From the IMG/VR virus record IMGVR_UViG_3300045988_059541, positions 1 through 37,033 of that record: 37,033 nucleotides of DNA. One strand, 5' to 3'. This document shows, piece by piece, positions 33,741 to 37,033 of the stretch. The notes below the pieces were generated by a model. It did not search any database. It was not told where the DNA came from and saw only the letters and a program-made list of their open reading frames with translations. Position numbers and translations under genes: made by a program. Positions within the stretch are counted from its first letter, which is position 1, and every line of letters begins with the position of its first letter. The DNA is from a virus.

Positions 33741-34874
33741 ATGCCTAGAAACTCTAGATTTAGACGTAGACCAAATAATACAGGTACCGTGGTTAAATTA
33801 TCGGGTAAGAGAAGAAACCCCTTCTGTGCCCGTGTAATGAGCGATGAACGAGATATAATAACAGGCAAGAAGAAGCAGATATGCATTGGAACATTCTCAA
33901 CTCGTGAAGAAGCATTGAATGCCTTATCTATTTACTCATTAAAGAGATCAAGCAGCATAACAAATGAAGAAGCTAGAAACCTTGCCCCTGATCTGTTTGA
34001 AAAGATACAGGAAAAGACACAAAAGAGAGTGCCAACGTTTAAGGAAATATTTACTATCATAGACAATGAAACCTTCAGCAAGCGAACCGAAAAAGGACAT
34101 AAAAACATCCTAAATGCTTTTAGCCACCTTGATAGGCTGTCAAATATGCCTGTCAATATAATCACATTAAGAGATATGCAGAACATATTTGATGAAATGT
34201 GTAGTGGTGTAAGTGTGCAGAGAGATATGAAGTACATCTGTGTCAAAGTCTTCGAGTATGCAGTGATGCACAAATATATCAGTAGAGATGATGATTATTC
34301 TACTTATATAAAAATAAAGAACCTTCCTAAGTCAACAATGCATAAAGCCTTTACACTTGATGAAATAAAGAAACTCAAAAAACTAGATACTCCAGAAGCG
34401 CATGTGCTGCTTATTTATATCTATACAGGGTGTAGGCTTTCTGAACTCCTCTCACTTGATAGAAAACAGATACACATAGATGAGCCTTGCAATGATGATG
34501 GAGTAGAAAGAAAAATCAGTTATATCATTACCGGTTCTAAGACTGAAGCTGGAAGAAACAGAATCATTCCGATTCATGAAGGAATCAAGCAGTATGTCAT
34601 TGATGAACTAATCAAAAGGAAAGAAAGAATATTTGATTCCAAACGCACATGGTTTTACATGACTGTACTCTATGCCCTCAATGATCAGCTAGGCATGAAC
34701 CACAAGATGCATGATACAAGAGATACTTTTGCTTCTCTTTGTCAGCTTTACAATATTGATATTTATATACGCAAGAAGGTTCTTGGGCATAAGCTTAATG
34801 ATATCACCTTTGATATCTATACCAATGCCTCAAAAAATAAGTTGTGGACAGAGATAAATAAGATTAAATTTTGA
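33741..34874 (+). CDS. int: Tyrosine integrase (phage integrase family)
   Basis: Catalytic signature TGCRLSELLSL (Arg I), HDTRDTFAS (H-x-x-R), VLGH and DIYTN (Tyr). The N-terminus is a basic arm-binding-like domain. Confidence 0.9.
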   Translation: MPRNSRFRRRPNNTGTVVKLSGKRRNPFCARVMSDERDIITGKKKQICIGTFSTREEALNALSIYSLKRSSSITNEEARNLAPDLFEKIQEKTQKRVPTFKEIFTIIDNETFSKRTEKGHKNILNAFSHLDRLSNMPVNIITLRDMQNIFDEMCSGVSVQRDMKYICVKVFEYAVMHKYISRDDDYSTYIKIKNLPKSTMHKAFTLDEIKKLKKLDTPEAHVLLIYIYTGCRLSELLSLDRKQIHIDEPCNDDGVERKISYIITGSKTEAGRNRIIPIHEGIKQYVIDELIKRKERIFDSKRTWFYMTVLYALNDQLGMNHKMHDTRDTFASLCQLYNIDIYIRKKVLGHKLNDITFDIYTNASKNKLWTEINKIKF

Positions 34875-34907
34875 GAGGTTTATGAAAGGTTTATGCGAGG
34901 TTTATGA
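34875..34907. repeat. 3 x 11-bp tandem repeat (GAGGTTTATGA / AAGGTTTATGC / GAGGTTTATGA), candidate arm-type integrase sites
   Basis: It begins directly after the integrase stop codon. The related TTTATGATATACT recurs at 35264-35276. Confidence 0.8.
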
Positions 34908-34949
34908 TATACTTATTGTGTTAGCGGTTGAAGCACTCTAAACGGTTTT

Positions 34950-34975
34950 CTTGTTACTGATTTGTTACTAGTTTA
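34950..34975. repeat. 26-bp direct repeat copy 1 (CTTGTTACTGATTTGTTACTAGTTTA)
   Basis: It matches 35088-35113 with one mismatch. Internally it contains an 11-bp-phased GTTACT sub-repeat. Confidence 0.85.
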
Positions 34976-35087
34976 CGCTTTCATAGTGTTTCAAACCCCT
35001 AAAAAACCGCATAAATACAGGAGGAAATTTATTATGAAACATTTATATATGATGTTAAAATTGGCTTGTTTCCTAGACTTTTTGCCC

Positions 35088-35113
35088 CTTGTTACTGATT
35101 CGTTACTAGTTTA
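35088..35113. repeat. 26-bp direct repeat copy 2 (CTTGTTACTGATTCGTTACTAGTTTA)
   Basis: See copy 1. Both copies are followed within ~12 nt by CATAGTG. Confidence 0.85.
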
Positions 35114-35226
35114 GTACCTACATAGTGGCGCATCATATATTTTATAACGCTCCTTTTAGTATTAGAAACATTGAAATTAAAATGCAAAAACTGTCATTGT
35201 TTACTGATATTTTTTATATAATATTC

Positions 35227-35262
35227 TTATACATATATCAATATATATTGATATATGTATAA
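35227..35262. repeat. Perfect 36-bp palindrome, TTATACATATATCAATAT|ATATTGATATATGTATAA
   Basis: The two 18-nt halves were checked by hand and are exact reverse complements. The palindrome overlaps the -35 of the downstream promoter. Confidence 0.95.
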
Positions 35263-35276
35263 TTTTATGATATACT
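35248..35276 (+). promoter_or_regulatory. Promoter of the peptide/RHH moron operon
   Basis: TTGATA (35248-53), a 17-nt spacer, then TATACT (35271-76). AGGAGG (35288-93) follows. Confidence 0.4.
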
Positions 35277-35301
35277 ATAATCAAGAAAGGAGGTAAGGAA
35301 A

Positions 35302-35415
35302 GTGGAAAAGAAGTTAAAAAAAATGCTTCGAATATTGGACCTATTCGAAGCGCTAGTGATTAAAATCATTTCCTTGATTGGTTGGATTTTGATTCTAATC
35401 AAACTATTTAACTAA
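35302..35415 (+). CDS. 37-aa hydrophobic peptide
   Basis: A GTG start 8 nt after AGGAGG. Translation: MEKKLKKMLRILDLFEALVIKIISLIGWILILIKLFN. Confidence 0.35.
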   Translation: MEKKLKKMLRILDLFEALVIKIISLIGWILILIKLFN

Positions 35416-35478
35416 GTAGGTTGAGGGGCTTGTCCTCTCTTCCTATCACTATTATAAAACCACTTTTCGAAGAAAACA

Positions 35479-35559
35479 ATGGAAAAATTAATTTTAAAAG
35501 CTATCGAATTGATTGGGCTTATTGCAGTATTAGTATTCTTGATTTCAAAATTATTCTAA
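35479..35559 (+). CDS. 26-aa hydrophobic peptide (paralog of the previous one)
   Basis: Translation MEKLILKAIELIGLIAVLVFLISKLF. It shares MEK..., LIG and a KLF terminus with the 37-aa peptide. The RBS is weak. Confidence 0.3.
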   Translation: MEKLILKAIELIGLIAVLVFLISKLF

Positions 35560-35572
35560 AGGAGGTATAACC

Positions 35573-35767
35573 GTGTCAACTGAAGCACAGAAGAAAGCTA
35601 GCGCAAACTATGCTAAGAAGATGACGAAATGTGTCAATCTTGCATTCAATAAAAAAACAGATGCAGACATTCTAGAAAAACTTGATCATGTCGAATCTAA
35701 AATGGGTTACATTAAAAAACTTATAAGAGATGATATTGAGAAAGCAAAAAAGGACCAGAGCAACTAA
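35573..35767 (+). CDS. Ribbon-helix-helix (Arc/CopG-like) DNA-binding protein
   Basis: A GTG start 7 nt after AGGAGG. The pattern is NYAKKMTKCVNLAF (beta strand), DADILEKLD (helix) and KMGYIKKLIRDDI (helix). Confidence 0.5.
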   Translation: MSTEAQKKASANYAKKMTKCVNLAFNKKTDADILEKLDHVESKMGYIKKLIRDDIEKAKKDQSN

Positions 35768-35783
35768 GCCCTGGTCTTTTCTT
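35745..35783. terminator. Bidirectional terminator between the convergent RHH and endolysin genes
   Basis: GACCAG (35753-58) pairs with CTGGTC (35771-76). It is flanked by an A-run upstream and TTTTCTT downstream, so a U-tract follows on both strands. Confidence 0.45.
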
Positions 35784-35864
35784 ATGAATATAAATTGTTG
35801 TGTAGTCGAGATTTAGTCGAGTTTAGTCAACATCTTTATGAATAACCTCATAATAAAACTTAAA

Positions 35865-36659
35865 TTAGACTTTTTTCAAATACTTTCTCGCAACCCATCC
35901 ACTAGGAATCTTTGCCCAATCTCCATCGAATTGAGATACAGTGACACGAGTACCGTAATTAAGACATCCGTCCTTATCGTAATCGTGAGCCTTAGCGTTC
36001 TTAGTTAATTCCTCATATGTCTTTCTTCTACAGTTAGCCCCTGGTCCTGTTCTGACGCTTAAATCACTAGCAGTAATCATATAAGTACCTAAAGCATTAG
36101 ATGCATTGCTCTGTGGCTTAGGTGTAGGAGTTTCAACGTGTTCATTAACACTCTTATTTAAGATACCCTCTACAATTGCCTTTGCGCACTTGTCAGCGTT
36201 CCATTTCACTTTATCAATAGCGTTGTCAACAAAGCAGCACTCAACAAGTAGTGCTGGAGAATTAGTCTTTCTCAACACATATAACTTAGTAGATGTTTTA
36301 ACACCTCTGTTTCTAATGCCTAGAGTGTTAGAAATATTCTTGACGATTCTTTCAGCTTCATCTTTGGCTTTTGAGTTGTCGCTATAGACATATACCTCTG
36401 TACCTGTTCCGCCTCCAGCGTTGAGATGAATAGAGACATCTAAGTCAACCTTATGATCATTACACTTGTTTACAATTGCTTTTAGGTTAGAATTCTGGTC
36501 TTTTCCATTATCATCAGTACAGTCATATACTGTATGTCCGTTTGCTCTTAACAACTCAATGACTTTATTTTTAACTTTTCTGTCTTCATTGACTTCATCT
36601 AATAAACCACTTGCTCCGCGACATTTTAAACTATGTCCACCATGTACGTTAATAATCAT
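35865..36659 (-). CDS. Endolysin: N-acetylmuramoyl-L-alanine amidase (Amidase_3) with a C-terminal SH3b domain
   Basis: NVHGGHS...DLDVSIHLNAGGGTGTEVYVY...NRGVKTSTKLYVLRKTNSPALLVECCFVDN matches the Amidase_3 pattern. The C-terminal LSVRTGPG...GTRVTV...GDWAKIPSGWVARKYL is SH3b-like. Confidence 0.85.
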   Translation of the reverse strand: MIINVHGGHSLKCRGASGLLDEVNEDRKVKNKVIELLRANGHTVYDCTDDNGKDQNSNLKAIVNKCNDHKVDLDVSIHLNAGGGTGTEVYVYSDNSKAKDEAERIVKNISNTLGIRNRGVKTSTKLYVLRKTNSPALLVECCFVDNAIDKVKWNADKCAKAIVEGILNKSVNEHVETPTPKPQSNASNALGTYMITASDLSVRTGPGANCRRKTYEELTKNAKAHDYDKDGCLNYGTRVTVSQFDGDWAKIPSGWVARKYLKKV

Positions 36660-36676
36660 ACTTTATACCTTCTTTC

Positions 36677-36922
36677 TTATAATTCAATTCCTTCGATTTC
36701 CGCTCTAATCTTTAGAGTGCGAATATAATTCCCTAAGTGCTGCTTCTGCTCTTTTAATAAGTCAAGCGAACATTTAGGAATGAATGTCAACGTACGAGCC
36801 TCATACTTGACAGTAATATCATCTAACTTGTCATATCTAATTTTAGCCTGTAAGTATTCTGCTTTAAATCTATCCTTATATTCAGTACTGTTCATTAATT
36901 CGATTGTGTCCTGCAATTCCAT
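36677..36922 (-). CDS. Conserved-looking helical 81-aa protein between the holin and the endolysin
   Basis: Its ATG (36922, equal to position 8 of the first repeat copy) lies 3 nt after the holin stop. It is an all-helical charged sequence (YKDRFKAEYLQAKIRYDKL...). Confidence 0.5.
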   Translation of the reverse strand: MELQDTIELMNSTEYKDRFKAEYLQAKIRYDKLDDITVKYEARTLTFIPKCSLDLLKEQKQHLGNYIRTLKIRAEIEGIEL

Positions 36923-37033
36923 GTTTTATTCTCCTTTGTTAATAGCATTTTCTGCTACTTCTAGTCCTTTTGTTAAAACTGATGGTACATTGTCTCCGGC
37001 TTCCACGAAGTTCTCAATGATGCTGCGTAACTC
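36915..37033. repeat. Terminal direct repeat copy 2
   Basis: Identical to nt 1-119. Confidence 0.95.

Larger units (their letters stand above)
1..37033. mobile_element. Complete temperate siphovirus-like phage genome, as a circular assembly (unit 36,914 bp plus 119-bp overlap)
   Basis: All phage modules are present: integrase, CI/Cro switch, recombination and replication genes, terminase, portal, capsid, tail, and holin plus endolysin. The terminal 119 nt are duplicated exactly. Confidence 0.9.

Noticed and set aside
35034-35114. 26-aa ORF (MKHLYMMLKLACFLDFLPLVTDSLLV) with a good AGGAGG RBS inside the attP-like region
   Set aside because: Its 3' third is simply the second copy of the 26-bp direct repeat, and there is no recognisable promoter. 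It could be real, but the repeat/attP explanation is more economical. It is not listed as a CDS.
35802-35831. Short tandem TTAGTCGAG(A/T) x ~3 between the terminator and the endolysin stop
   Set aside because: It is only about 30 bp, with an imperfect third copy and no associated structure or ORF. It could be a binding site, but the evidence is too thin.

Overview
The window is one complete genome of about 36.9 kb from a temperate, siphovirus-type phage (long non-contractile tail). The host is probably a low-GC Gram-positive (Bacillota) bacterium, judged from about 36% GC by eye and GGAGG-type ribosome-binding sites (RBS). Nt 1-119 are identical to nt 36915-37033, so the record is a circular or circularly permuted assembly with a unit length of 36,914 bp, and the lysis cassette runs across the artificial break.

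Almost everything is on the minus strand as one long early-to-late transcription direction:
- Cro-like repressor and antirepressor (32.7-31.6 kb), followed by small early genes.
- Recombination module: YqaJ exonuclease, DUF1351-like protein and RecT (29.9-27.0 kb).
- Replisome organizer with an internal 12-bp iteron array.
- Small Cys-rich genes, MazG-like protein, SSB and DUF1064.
- Sigma-r4-like late activator.
- A ParB/DUF4417 gene plus a papain-like toxin and small partner, bracketed by terminators.
- TerS, TerL, portal, and a MuF protein with an extra C-terminal domain plus a coupled small ORF.
- YjcQ-like and Zn-ribbon genes, scaffold, major capsid, connectors and major tail protein.
- G/G-T chaperones with a GGGTTTT -1 frameshift, tape measure protein (TMP), and five baseplate/fibre genes.
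- Holin, an 81-aa ORF and an Amidase_3-SH3 endolysin (wrapping to 35.9 kb).

The plus strand carries the lysogeny module: a CI-like repressor and a tyrosine integrase. After these comes an attP-like repeat region and a small moron operon of two tiny hydrophobic peptides plus a ribbon-helix-helix (RHH) protein, sitting behind a perfect 36-bp palindrome.

I saw no rRNA, tRNA, CRISPR array, reverse transcriptase or transposase.

The best leads for something new are:
1. Two separate toxin/immunity-like modules inside the packaging/head region: the MuF C-terminal domain, and a free-standing Cys-His-Asp papain-like protein.
2. Candidate minus-strand small RNAs in the repressor-integrase spacer.
3. 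The palindrome-controlled peptide/RHH moron.

All family assignments come from motif recognition by eye, not from searches.
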